From: an uncultured delta proteobacterium
GTDB lineage: Bacteria > Desulfobacterota > Syntrophia > Syntrophales > UBA5619
DNA: 64,000 nucleotides
Assembly: GCA_963817385.1 (NCBI GenBank)
Contig: CAWFOM010000010.1
Span: forward strand, 1-64,000
Direction of reading: 5' to 3'
How positions within the stretch are numbered: position 1 is the stretch's first letter; each line of letters starts with the position of its first letter. Below are positions 8,893 to 19,149 of the stretch, one piece after another. The notes below the pieces were generated by a model that saw only the letters and a program-made list of their open reading frames with translations, was not told where the DNA came from and made no database searches. Both the position numbers and the translations under genes were made by a program.

Positions 8893-10248
8893 TCAGTCTA
8901 ATGACCTCACAATCGTATGCAGAACCTCTTCGATGGTTCCCCTGATGGCGGCGAGGCGATCCTCCGCGGCTGCTTCGAAACGCAGGACGAGGACCGGTTG
9001 CGTGTTCGAGGCCCGAAGCAGGCCCCAGCCATCGACGAAGGGGATACGCACGCCGTCGATGGAAATGATGTCATGAGTTTTCCGGAAGTGCTCCCGTACG
9101 GCCTCGACGACGCGAAACTTGATGTTGTCCGGGCAGTCCACCCGGATCTCGGGGGTTGTGAAGGTACGGGGGAGATCAGCCAGAAGCTCGCTCAGACTCT
9201 TTCCCGATTCGGAGATGATCTCGAGCAGACGTGCGGATGCGTAGATGGCGTCGTCGTAGCCGAAGTATCGGTCGGCGAAAAAAATATGTCCGCTCATCTC
9301 CCCCGCGAGGAGCGCTTGCTCCTGTTTCATTTTTCCTTTGATCAGCGAGTGGCCTGCCTTCCACATGATAGGCCGTCCGCCGTTGTAGGCGATGTCGTCA
9401 TACAGTTTCTGCGAGCACTTTACCTCGCCGATGATGGTGGCGCCGGGATTCTTTTTCAGGATGAAACGGGAGAAGAGCAGGAGAAGTTCATCACCCCAGA
9501 GGACGTCTCCCCGGTCGGTAATCACGCCGATGCGATCGGCGTCTCCGTCATAGGCGATGCCGGCGTCCGCCTTCTCTTCGCGGACGAGACGGATCAATTC
9601 CCGGAGGTTATCGGGGACGGTCGGGTCGGGAAAGTGATGGGGAAATCGGCCGTCCGGTTCACAATAGATGTCCGAAACCCGGCAGCCGTATCGTTTCAAA
9701 AGGGGGAGGGCGAAATAACCGCCGACACCGTTCCCGCCGTCGAGAACGATCCGGAGACCCGGCGCGACCCGGACATGGTCGAAGATGTAGTCTTCGTAAG
9801 CGGCTGCGATCTCTTTTCTGACGGACTTCGCTTTCCCGGCGATGTATGTCCCCTCTTCGATGATCCGCCGCAGCTCCTGGATCTCCTCTCCATAGATCGT
9901 ATCGGGGCCGATGCAGATCTTGAAGCCGTTGAAGTCGGGAGGGTTATGGCTTCCCGTGACCATCACGCCGCCTTCCGTCCCGAAGTGGCGGATGGAGAAA
10001 TAGAGCATCGGGGTGGCGCACAGGCCGATATCGGTCACATCGACCCCCGCGGCCATGATCCCCCGGCCGATGGCATCCTGATAGGCTTCCGAACTGAGAC
10101 GGCAGTCCCGGCCCAGGGCCATGGTTCGGACGCCGTGACGCACGGCATAGGTGCCGATCGCCCGGCCCAGAAGATAGACAAAATCGGGGTTCAGATCGCT
10201 GTCTACTACGCCTCGGACATCGTACTCCCGAAACACTTCCGGATTCAT
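8893..10248 (-). CDS. Phosphomannomutase/phosphoglucomutase (AlgC-like)
   Basis: FREYDVRG, TGSHNP, DGDADR, GEMSGH and RASNTQP. Confidence 0.95.
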   Translation of the reverse strand: MNPEVFREYDVRGVVDSDLNPDFVYLLGRAIGTYAVRHGVRTMALGRDCRLSSEAYQDAIGRGIMAAGVDVTDIGLCATPMLYFSIRHFGTEGGVMVTGSHNPPDFNGFKICIGPDTIYGEEIQELRRIIEEGTYIAGKAKSVRKEIAAAYEDYIFDHVRVAPGLRIVLDGGNGVGGYFALPLLKRYGCRVSDIYCEPDGRFPHHFPDPTVPDNLRELIRLVREEKADAGIAYDGDADRIGVITDRGDVLWGDELLLLFSRFILKKNPGATIIGEVKCSQKLYDDIAYNGGRPIMWKAGHSLIKGKMKQEQALLAGEMSGHIFFADRYFGYDDAIYASARLLEIISESGKSLSELLADLPRTFTTPEIRVDCPDNIKFRVVEAVREHFRKTHDIISIDGVRIPFVDGWGLLRASNTQPVLVLRFEAAAEDRLAAIRGTIEEVLHTIVRSLD

Positions 10249-11298
10249 AGGGCACCCGATGACGGGAAAATGGCCGCAAGATTAACATTGGTCCGGACCA
10301 TCTGTTCGATCAGGGCGATCTTTTCGGAGTCATCCTTCGTGGGAAGCGATTCCAGACAAGCGATCTGATGGGCGGTCTCGGACGTGTCCGCAGAAACGAG
10401 GAGCAGGGGGATATCCCGTTGGGCCGCCTCCGCGATGAGGCTTGACGGCGGGAGGATGTTGTTGGTGAGGATCACCGCCGTGGCGTTGGTTCCCAATGCA
10501 GCGATGATCATGTCGTGCCGGTCTCCGCCGGTAACGATCACCGTGCTTTCCTGCCGGAACAGAGGATTCTTCAGGGCGGCGTCGACCGACATGGAGCCGA
10601 TGAAGATGTTCTTGGCGGTGCGACTCAGCTTCTCTTCGCAGGTGATGATCTTGGCGAACAGCCGATCGGCGAGGTAACTCACGGAGAAATAGGGCAGTTC
10701 CTTGTAATAGGGGATGACACCGAGCACCTCGATACCGTTCACGCTTGATCCTCGGAAGCCGTGTATCGCAGAAGTCTGCGGCGTTCGCGACTTTGTTGAT
10801 GATGACGCCCTTCAAACGCACCCCGCCCAGTTGGATATATCTCTTCAGGAAGATGAGGTCATCGAGGAGCGTGTTCTCATCACCGCCGGCGACCACGATG
10901 AGCGGGGAGTCCAACTGTCTGGCGATCGAAATGGCGTCGAGGTGGACTGAGGCGCCATAGGTGATGTCTTTCCCGCACTCGACAAAGAACAGCTCTTTTC
11001 CTTCTCCCGCGCTCTCCGAGAGCTCCCGGAGCTTTTCCCCGGCGGTTACTTCATTCAGCATAAAGAGAAGCTTTGCGTGGTGAAAGCCGATGCTCATATC
11101 CTCAGGGTTCTCTTCGAGGCCGAAGATATTGGTGATCAGTGCGGCGTCATAGTCCCACAGCCTCTTCTTGCGGTAGAGAAACCGCTCTCCGAAGGGTTTG
11201 ATATAGCCGATCTTCTTGTTCAATGCCTTCGCGATGCCGATGATGATGCTCGTCTTGCCGGCGCTCTGGCGCATGGAGGTCACCACGATTGTATCCAT
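10245..11298 (-). CDS. Phosphotransacetylase N-terminal-like (BioD-like P-loop + DRTGG) protein; apparent +1 frameshift near 10744
   Basis: SAGKTS and IGYIKPFG in ORF 10330-11298; VTGGDRHD (DRTGG) in ORF 10245-10742. The halves join by removing one base. Confidence 0.8.
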
Positions 11299-13203
11299 CT
11301 ATTTCACCTCCCCGATGAAGGCCATTTTCATATCGTAAACGCCGGCGTCACTTTTCTTTTTGATGTCGAAGCCGCCTTTTTCAAACACATGGAGCATCGG
11401 CTTGTTGTCCATGAGAACCTCGGCGGTGAAGCCCAAAAGTCCCTCCCTCCTGGCAAGGTAGGTGAGGTAGGAGAGCATTTCCGTTCCGATGCCGCGGTTA
11501 TGGTGGTCGTCGCGGATGGCGAATGCCACCTCCGCGGTGTGGGATTGCTCGTCAATGCCGTACTGCCCGATACCGACGATCAGTTCTTTGTCGGCAGAGC
11601 CGATGATGGCCAGAATGACCACTTCTGTCGTGTAATCGATGATCACAAAATCCTGCAGACGTTCGTGCGGCATGTCCTTGCGTTTGGAAAGAAACCGGCG
11701 GTTAAGGCTCCTGTCGGAGAGAGAATAGAAGAAGTCTTTGATCAGAGGTTCATCGCTGATCTTGACGGGCCGGAGGAAGATCTGCAGGCCCGTTTTCGTG
11801 GTCCGGTGGGTTTCGAGGTTTTCCGGATATTCTCCCCTTTTCCCGGGGATGTAGGCCTGGTCCCGGTAGATGATGCCCCGCTTTTTCGCCTCTTCGATAA
11901 GCCAGGGGCGGAATTTCGGATGGGCGATGGAAATCAGCGCCATTGCCCTCTCCCGGACATTTTTCCCGTGGAGGTAGGCAATACCGTACTCGGTCACCAC
12001 ATATCGGACATCTCCCCGGTTCAGGGTGATTCCCGCTGATTCCCGGAGGGAAGGGACGATTCGGGAAATGGTATCGTTCATGGCCGTCGACTTGATGGCG
12101 AGGATGGTCCTACCGCCCTTCGAAAGCAGGGCGCCCCGCATGAAATCCTGGTGACCACCGACGCCGCTGTAGAATCTGCCGCCGATCGAATCCGAGGTGG
12201 CCTGACCGGTGAGGTCGATCTCCAGGGAACTGTTGATCGCCACCATATTATCCTGCTGGGCAATCTTGAGCGGGTCGTTGGTGAAGTCGATGGTTCGAAA
12301 GAGGATGGAAGGATTGTCGTTGAGAAATTCGTAGGTCTCCGTCTTCCCCATGGAAAAAGAGGCGACGGTTTTGCCCGGATTCAGGTTTTTCCGGGAATTG
12401 TCGATGACCCCTGCTTTGATCAGATCCACGAGACCGTCGCTGAGGAGTTCGGTATGAACGCCAAGGTGTTTCTTCCCGTAGAGGTTTGCCATGACCGCAT
12501 TCGGCAGCCCTCCGTATCCGACCTGGATGGTGTCGCCGTCCTGGACGAGCCTGGCCACGTAGTTTCCGATGCGCTGCGTTGTCTCCGTGAGGGCGATCGC
12601 CGGGAGCTCCAGGAGGGGTTCGTCGTGGCGGATGATGAAATTGACGTCCTTGATGTGGATGAAACCGTCGCCGTGAACACGGGGCATGTTGGCATTGACC
12701 TGAGCGATGATCGTGGATGCCTTGTCCGTGGCTGCTTTAACCATATCCACGCTGATGCCGAGACTCAGATAGCCGTGATCGTCAGGAAGGCTGGTCTGCA
12801 CCAACGCCACGTCGATCTGCACGGAACCGCTCTTGATCAGGGCCGGCACATCGGAAAGAGAGACCGGCGTATAATCCGCCAACCCCTGGTTGACGGGACC
12901 GCGGGTGTTGTTTCCAACGAAAAACGAGTTGTGACGGAAGTTGCGCTTGAATTTAGGATCGGTATAAGGAGCTATGCCGAAGGAATAGACGTGGATGATC
13001 TCCGTATCGAAAAATGCCTTGGGGTGGGATTCGACGTAACCGACCATCGCTCTGACGAGGTATTGGGGCTCGCCGCACCCCGAGGCGACAAAGATATGAT
13101 CGCCACGACGGATGTGACTGAATACGACCTCCTCATCGGTAAACTTTTCAGGGTAGAGTTTTTTCCAGTCATCCATCGATCTCATCTTGTTTTCAAAACC
13201 CAT
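11299..13203 (-). CDS. Acetyl-CoA hydrolase/4-hydroxybutyrate CoA-transferase family domain fused to a C-terminal GNAT acetyltransferase
   Basis: LGVHTELLSDG (catalytic Glu), SGVGGHQDF and VVTEYGIA; GNAT part RPVKISDE...AEVAFAIRDDHHNRGIG. Confidence 0.9.
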   Translation of the reverse strand: MGFENKMRSMDDWKKLYPEKFTDEEVVFSHIRRGDHIFVASGCGEPQYLVRAMVGYVESHPKAFFDTEIIHVYSFGIAPYTDPKFKRNFRHNSFFVGNNTRGPVNQGLADYTPVSLSDVPALIKSGSVQIDVALVQTSLPDDHGYLSLGISVDMVKAATDKASTIIAQVNANMPRVHGDGFIHIKDVNFIIRHDEPLLELPAIALTETTQRIGNYVARLVQDGDTIQVGYGGLPNAVMANLYGKKHLGVHTELLSDGLVDLIKAGVIDNSRKNLNPGKTVASFSMGKTETYEFLNDNPSILFRTIDFTNDPLKIAQQDNMVAINSSLEIDLTGQATSDSIGGRFYSGVGGHQDFMRGALLSKGGRTILAIKSTAMNDTISRIVPSLRESAGITLNRGDVRYVVTEYGIAYLHGKNVRERAMALISIAHPKFRPWLIEEAKKRGIIYRDQAYIPGKRGEYPENLETHRTTKTGLQIFLRPVKISDEPLIKDFFYSLSDRSLNRRFLSKRKDMPHERLQDFVIIDYTTEVVILAIIGSADKELIVGIGQYGIDEQSHTAEVAFAIRDDHHNRGIGTEMLSYLTYLARREGLLGFTAEVLMDNKPMLHVFEKGGFDIKKKSDAGVYDMKMAFIGEVK

Positions 13204-13263
13204 CAGGAGAACCCTCTTCGCGAGCTTCGGATAAAGGGGAAAACCGTAACGTAAAATCGCAGT

Positions 13264-13293
13264 ATACTAACCGTTGTTTCCTTTCTCTGTCAA
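13264..13293 (-). promoter_or_regulatory. Putative sigma70 promoter for the CoA-transferase-GNAT operon
   Basis: Minus strand TTGACA-N18-TAGTAT upstream of ATG 13203. Confidence 0.5.
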
Positions 13294-13320
13294 GAAAAGA
13301 ATCTGATGCCATCTCCGTGA

Positions 13321-13998
13321 TCATCGGGGATATCGGGGGAGAATATCGAGGATGTATGCAGCATTTGGGATTACCAGATCAGCCCGGGCGTGAAGAAGCT
13401 CCTCTCGCGTGGAATTGCCCGTCAGAACGCCGATCGCGGCGGTTCCCGCCTCTCTTCCAAGCTGCATGTCCAGGGGATGATCGCCTACCATCGCGGCATC
13501 GGCGGGGGCAGCTCCCAGCGCATTCAACGCTGCGTTCAGATGGTCCGGATGGGGTTTGACGCGGAATGGATCTTCGCGGGTCAGGACGGTTTGACAGTAG
13601 TGATCGATGTCGGGGAATAGACGATGAAGGGCCGCCCGGCAGTTTCTCGTGACGACACCGGTCCGGATGAAACGACGCCGCAGCTCGCACAGCAACATCT
13701 TTGTCGTGTCAAAAAGCTCCCCCAGCTCGGCGGCTTTGATCTCTCTGGCGGTGATCAGTGCATGGGCAGTACGGCGAAAGGGTATTGCCTCTTCCGGGTG
13801 CTCGGTTGCGAGAAGGGCGCCTGCCGCATCGATCATCTCCAGGATATGAAATTTCCTGATCCCCTCCGCCGGGATCCGGTGCCGGGAGATCAGCTCCAGA
13901 ACGTCGGACCGCATGGCGGCGAAATCGATATTCAGCTTGGCCAGTGTTCCATCAAAATCGAAGACAATAGCCTTCCATGATGCACGGGTGGTAGTCAA
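13321..13998 (-). CDS. HAD-superfamily hydrolase (phosphoglycolate phosphatase-like)
   Basis: FDFDGTL, VVTRN, KPHP and MVGDHPLD. Confidence 0.85.
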   Translation of the reverse strand: MTTTRASWKAIVFDFDGTLAKLNIDFAAMRSDVLELISRHRIPAEGIRKFHILEMIDAAGALLATEHPEEAIPFRRTAHALITAREIKAAELGELFDTTKMLLCELRRRFIRTGVVTRNCRAALHRLFPDIDHYCQTVLTREDPFRVKPHPDHLNAALNALGAAPADAAMVGDHPLDMQLGREAGTAAIGVLTGNSTREELLHARADLVIPNAAYILDILPRYPR

Positions 13999-15144
13999 GA
14001 TCCTCTGCGTTCTCTGAGATACTGTTCCATACGGGTCATCCCTTCCTTGATGTTTTCCAGTGAATTGGCATAGGAGAAGCGCAGGTAGCCCTCGGCGTTC
14101 TTGCCGAAATCGACGCCGGGTGCAACACCGACGCGGGCCCGTTTCAGGATGTCAAACGCCGTCTGATAGGAGTCGCGCGAAAAGCCTCGGATATTGCCGA
14201 GGACGTAGAATGCGCCGGTGGGTTCCACGCAAATGCCGAGGCCCATCTCCCGGAGCCGGTGGACTATGAACTTTCTCCTCTCATTATAGAGCGATCTCAT
14301 GCGGAGCACATCGGGCCCCGCTTCGGCGAGGGCCGCTACACCGGCCCACTGGACAAAGGAATTGGGGGAGATGAAGAGATTCTGCTGGATTTTCTGCATC
14401 GGCCGGATGTAATGCCGGGGAGCAATCAGGTATCCAAGACGCCACCCGGTCATTGCGTAGGTTTTGGAAAAACCGTTCAGGACAAAGGCGTTGTCGGTAA
14501 ATTCCAGGATTGTGTGCTCCTCGTCCTCGTACACGAGGCCGTGATAGATCTCATCGGAGATGACGGGGACACCCAGCGAAGCGATCTGAGCCATTCTTTC
14601 CCCGCTCAGGAGATTTCCGGTCGGATTAGAGGGAGAATTGATCAGGATCGCCCGGGTACGGGGGGAGATCTTTTCCCGGATCGCCGCCGGCGTGTACTGA
14701 AACCCATCGCATTCTTGAACCGGCACACAGATGGGCGATCCCTCGAAAAAACGGATGAAGTTCGGATAGCAGGCGTAGTGGGGGTCCGAGATGATCACCT
14801 CAGAGCCCTTCTCGAGAAGAGCGGCAAAGAGGATCATCATGGCCGGCGAGGTGCCGGAGGTTACGAGGATCTGATCGGGCGAAACGGTCACGCCGTACCG
14901 CTCATGATAATGGTTGCAGATCGACTCCCTCAGCTCAAGGAGGCCGAGACTATGGGTGTAGTGGGTCTTCCCGTCCCGCAGGGCGCGCACGACAGGCTTC
15001 CTTGATGCATTCCGGTGTGTCGAAATCCGGCTCTCCCACCTCGAGATGGATGATATGCTCACCGGCGCGTTCCATCTCCTGGGCGGCCTCCAGGACATCC
15101 ATGACGATGAATGGAGGAATCTCTGCGGCTCTTGTTGTAACCAT
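13995..15144 (-). CDS. PLP-dependent class I/II aminotransferase (aspartate aminotransferase-like); apparent +1 frameshift near 14994
   Basis: N-terminus PPFIVMDVLE...HLEVGEPDFDTP is in one frame; NSPSNPTG, SDEIYHGL and FSKTYAMTGWRLG are in the next frame. Confidence 0.9.
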
Positions 15145-15248
15145 CGCGGCCCCTTGTTCGTACCGTCGCGGACGGTACTTCTCGGCTTTTTCGTGATGAA
15201 GCTATCCGCTCACTGTACGGTCTGTCAAGAAAAAAGGCATGAATCCGT

Positions 15249-16130
15249 CTATGACGATGACCTTCCGGTCAGATAATCGGCACTCAGCGTTCTTTGGATC
15301 ACGGGACCCTTCATCCAATCGGGAAGCTGATAATCCATGACGATCCCGAGGAATTGAACGATGATATGAAAGGTAGCTCCCCAGAGAATCTCTTCTTCGC
15401 CGGGAAGGTTGCGGTGGATCAGGCAGGGATAGCGGAGCGATCCCGACACGCCGGGTTCGGCCCCATCCGGTCCGGAGAGGGTGTAGCAGCCGATAAGCTC
15501 TTCCCGGAAGAAGGAGGCCAGGGGGATTTCCACGATCTTTTCCACCTCACGGTTGGGACAGGGCGTTCCCGGTCTTTCCACAAAACCCGCCAGCGGAAAG
15601 ATCGTCCGTTGGAAGCGGGTCAGACGGTACGTTGGGAGCGGCCCGAGGAAGCGGACGCGGCAGGGGGAAAGTCGTATCTCCTCCCAGGATTCGCGCAGGG
15701 CGTTCGCAAGAAAAAGGGTGATGATCGGGAGGGATTTTCGGTCCCGTCGGAGCGCATAGGCACGCGCCGGTCCGCGGATGATCGGAAGCGGGCCATGGAG
15801 TAGCAGGGGCCGGAGCAAGCGGTCCATAAAGGGGTGAATCATCCCTCCGGGACAGCTCAGATCTCCGGGCTGCGATACCCGCGAGGAGCGCTTGATGAGC
15901 TGAAACACGAACTGTCCCTCTCCTGAATCACCGTGGCATGGGGAGTAGCGAAAGATGAGGGGAAGAAGAACCCCCGCTGCCAGACGTGGGGCGGCGGTTC
16001 TCCCGGAATTGGTTATCTGTTCCATCTCCGAATGAAAATCCGAAGGGTGAACCCCGAGTCGTTCGGTTGCCTGTGCCAGGAACTCCTCCCTGCATCTCAA
16101 TAGTCGGGGAGCAGCGCTCATTTCACTCAT
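15249..16130 (-). CDS. NUDIX hydrolase, CoA pyrophosphatase-like
   Basis: KRSSRVSQPGDLSCPGG, ALRESWEE (Nudix box split by an insertion), PNREVEKIVEIPL and ILWGAT. Confidence 0.75.
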   Translation of the reverse strand: MSEMSAAPRLLRCREEFLAQATERLGVHPSDFHSEMEQITNSGRTAAPRLAAGVLLPLIFRYSPCHGDSGEGQFVFQLIKRSSRVSQPGDLSCPGGMIHPFMDRLLRPLLLHGPLPIIRGPARAYALRRDRKSLPIITLFLANALRESWEEIRLSPCRVRFLGPLPTYRLTRFQRTIFPLAGFVERPGTPCPNREVEKIVEIPLASFFREELIGCYTLSGPDGAEPGVSGSLRYPCLIHRNLPGEEEILWGATFHIIVQFLGIVMDYQLPDWMKGPVIQRTLSADYLTGRSSS

Positions 16131-17103
16131 CTCTCTCCCTCTGCTCTATCAGGCAGGCGATCCGTCGTTCATACCAGCAGCCCCAGGGGAAGGGATCCAG
16201 GAATCCGCAATGCCCGCCGTGCTTCTGTAGAGAGAGCTGAAGATATCGGCTGCGTGGCAGGAGACGGAAATCTTCACCGGCCACGACCGGGTCATCGTCG
16301 GCGGTAAAGATCGTGACCGGAAGTGTCAGGGAACCCAGGGCGCTTCCGGTGAGGGTATAATGACGGAAGTAGTCGCGGTAAGATCCGAATTGAGTGAAAT
16401 AGGGCATGATGGCCTCGGTCAGCCCCATGCAGGTATCGTGATGAAGGATGTCGTCGAAGTGATACCGATCGGGGAACAAACGCTGTTTTTTCCGAAGTGA
16501 TCTCTTCCATTTGCCGAGGAAATAGTGGCGGTACGCCGGGAAGCCGGAGTCGATCGCCAGGGTGGATTTATAGGGATCCAGGGCAGGGCTGATGCAGAAG
16601 ACCTCCTTCAGATTGGAAATAGGGGAGACGGATTGTCTGAGGGCGATCCGGAGAGCAAAGTTTCCTCCCAGCGAAAAGCCGATGAGATAACAGGGTCCTT
16701 CGGGGAGAAGACGGGCGATATTGCTGATAGCCAGGGCGGTCTCTTCCGTCAGTGCCCCGTGAAAGAGCGCTTGATTCAGATGGTGGCTGTTCCCGTGATC
16801 CCGGAGATTCAGACGAAAGATCTCGTATCCCCGCCGGTAAAAATAAAGTCCCGTCGAGAGGATATACGTTGAGTCGGCGCTGCCTTCCCAGCCATGCAGG
16901 AGGATGATCAGTCCCCTCGGCGGTCTCCCCGGCTGGGGTGAATGGTAGCCGAGGAGACGTGCGCCATTGCCGGCGTCGACGATCGTCTCATTCGAGGCGT
17001 CGATCATTTCGTTTTTCCCCAAGACCCGCAGCCGCAAACTGCCGAATATGGTCTGGAGATGAGGGTTTTGTGCCCACCGCGCCGGTCCGAACTGCTCCTC
17101 CAT
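16123..17103 (-). CDS. YheT-family alpha/beta hydrolase
   Basis: NPHLQTI, LHGWEGS, GFSLGG nucleophile elbow, DDP and GGHCGF. Confidence 0.9.
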   Translation of the reverse strand: MEEQFGPARWAQNPHLQTIFGSLRLRVLGKNEMIDASNETIVDAGNGARLLGYHSPQPGRPPRGLIILLHGWEGSADSTYILSTGLYFYRRGYEIFRLNLRDHGNSHHLNQALFHGALTEETALAISNIARLLPEGPCYLIGFSLGGNFALRIALRQSVSPISNLKEVFCISPALDPYKSTLAIDSGFPAYRHYFLGKWKRSLRKKQRLFPDRYHFDDILHHDTCMGLTEAIMPYFTQFGSYRDYFRHYTLTGSALGSLTLPVTIFTADDDPVVAGEDFRLLPRSRYLQLSLQKHGGHCGFLDPFPWGCWYERRIACLIEQRERDE

Positions 17104-17126
17104 GTTCGCCTCACGATAAGACGCAC

Positions 17127-17152
17127 AAAAGCCCGGCGAGGGACCGGGCTTT
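17127..17152 (-). terminator. Rho-independent terminator downstream of tRNA-Met
   Basis: AAAGCCCGG-N7-CCGGGCTTT hairpin followed by U residues on the minus strand. Confidence 0.65.
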
Positions 17153-17161
17153 CGAACATAT

Positions 17162-17238
17162 TGGTGGCGGTGCAGGGAATTGAACCCCGGACACTACGGA
17201 TATGAGCCGTATGCTCTAACCGGCTGAGCTACACCGCC
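17162..17238 (-). tRNA. tRNA-Met(CAT), elongator type
   Basis: Reverse complement GGCGGTGTAGCTCAGCCGGTTAGAGCATACGGCTCATATCCGTAGTGTCCGGGGTTCAATTCCCTGCACCGCCACCA forms a cloverleaf with CAT anticodon, paired G1-C72 and encoded CCA. Confidence 0.93.
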
Positions 17239-17353
17239 AGTGTCATTTAGGGCAGCCTCGAAATGTGAACACATACACTCACCCTGTTGGGCGCCCTTGC
17301 TGCTTACGTTGGTTAGCACGCAATATACCAGTATTCCGGAATTGTCAACCTCT

Positions 17354-19054
17354 CTATTGGCCCTTCAGAGAGTACGCGACGAGCACGCTTCTCTCCCTGA
17401 GGGTTCCGCCCACGGAGAGAACCAGGGCGAGCACAACCTCATTCTCGCCGTCATTGTTGATGTCTTTGAACTGGTAATCCGCGACATAACCGTTTATCTT
17501 CTTTGTCCGCCAGTTCTCTACCATGCCCCTGCCGTCCCATTCAAGATCATAGACCTCGGCAGAGGTGAAGAGTTTCACACGAGAGAACAGGCGAGCGGAT
17601 GAAGACAAGTTCTTCACGAGAATGAACTCCGGCTTTCCGTCCTTTTTGAAATCGTACGTCACGATCCTGAGATTAATGAAGGTGATCTCCGGATCATCAG
17701 CGGTATTCGAGCCTCTGAACTGCATCGAGGGATCAATAGTGGTGTTGCTCCCACCGTATTGATCATCGCTCTTCCAGAGAAATTCATTGCTGCCGCCGAA
17801 GATGGTTACCTTGGAGAGAGGTTTATCCGTCTGTTCAAAGATGCGGAGGTAATCATCAGTGCCGAGTGTGACGACCTTTTCCGGTCCGCTTGCCCCGAGC
17901 CTTTCCAGAGTAAGGCCGTAGACAGAAAGTCCTTCCGGTATCCGCATTTTCCGGCCTTCGCGATACTCACCGTTTTGCCACGATATTTCATATATCGGGG
18001 TGTCGAACGGATTATCTACGCCCATTCGCTGCCCGAGGAGGAGGGGAATCCCCGAAGAGTTCACAATCACTCTCATGAACCAGCGGAGGTCGGCGGCTAT
18101 GGTGACGAATGCGCCATTCCTAAACTCGATTATGAAGGAATCGACGATTTTCTGGTTATGACTCGAGACGATGATCTCCTTGAAGCCGTTCTGGTTGATA
18201 TCGGCCACGTCGACGGCAACATAATCGTCAAATGATTTTCCGGAGATCTTTTGGATAAGTCTGAATTCCTCTCCCTTTTTCTGGTAGATGAGGACGGAGT
18301 TATGATCGATTATGACGGTTTCGTTAAGACCGTCGCCGTTGACATCGCCGATGTCCATGCCTCTGAATTCGCTGGGAAACTGTTGGCTTCTCCAAAAAGT
18401 CTTCCGATCCAGGGGCTCGGCGGCATTGATGAAATCGGGGTTGATCGACGATGTGAAGGTTCCCTTCTGGTTGCCCTTCATACCGGAGATAATCTCTGCT
18501 TCACGAGTGATCGGGGCTGTCGGCTGGCGGGAAGAAATGATCTCCTTTGGTGCGGGCGACGTTCCCATGGTCGGGGAGGGTGTCCCGAGGATATGGGATT
18601 CGATCTTCTGGGCAAAGTCGGTAACCTTCGGGATGACCTCATCCATGTTCTGACACAGGGCAACGATTGACACCGCCGGTTTGGAGGCGGCTATATCGAT
18701 CAGCTTGCCGTCGATGCTCAGTCCGTTACCGATTTTGGTGATGCTTCCCCAGACGACGAAGTCCGCATTGAGCTTTTTCCCCAGCGCGGTGACATCAGCC
18801 AGGGCCAGTTCTTTTCCGCTCGTCTCCTTCAGGGCAGCCAGGGTGAACTCTCTGCTGATCACCTCGATCTTCTCATTGACAGAGATGCGTGAAGAGAGCA
18901 TATCACCGACACCCTGACGGACGTAGTCAATGTTCTCCGCGCTGTGGATAGTAAACGGCAGCACGGCGACGATGGTTTTGTCCTTCGCCCACAACGGTTG
19001 AACCGCTATGATCATGCAGAAAAGGCAGATGATCCATTTGCACACACTTTTCAT
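17354..19054 (-). CDS. Exported FG-GAP/VCBS-repeat protein with an N-terminal TolB-N/CsgG-like domain
   Basis: Signal peptide, VAVLPF...ADFVVWGSI, and repeated D-x-N-x-D-G motifs (GDVNGDGLNE, ADINQNGFKE, KDINNDGENE). Confidence 0.75.
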   Translation of the reverse strand: MKSVCKWIICLFCMIIAVQPLWAKDKTIVAVLPFTIHSAENIDYVRQGVGDMLSSRISVNEKIEVISREFTLAALKETSGKELALADVTALGKKLNADFVVWGSITKIGNGLSIDGKLIDIAASKPAVSIVALCQNMDEVIPKVTDFAQKIESHILGTPSPTMGTSPAPKEIISSRQPTAPITREAEIISGMKGNQKGTFTSSINPDFINAAEPLDRKTFWRSQQFPSEFRGMDIGDVNGDGLNETVIIDHNSVLIYQKKGEEFRLIQKISGKSFDDYVAVDVADINQNGFKEIIVSSHNQKIVDSFIIEFRNGAFVTIAADLRWFMRVIVNSSGIPLLLGQRMGVDNPFDTPIYEISWQNGEYREGRKMRIPEGLSVYGLTLERLGASGPEKVVTLGTDDYLRIFEQTDKPLSKVTIFGGSNEFLWKSDDQYGGSNTTIDPSMQFRGSNTADDPEITFINLRIVTYDFKKDGKPEFILVKNLSSSARLFSRVKLFTSAEVYDLEWDGRGMVENWRTKKINGYVADYQFKDINNDGENEVVLALVLSVGGTLRERSVLVAYSLKGQ

Positions 19055-19149
19055 TCTCTTTCCCCCGGCCAGAAATCTCAGTTACCTATATGACGGTAGA
19101 GTACTAACACGTCGCATCACGGAATTCAACCTGGATTTGGGCGTAACGC

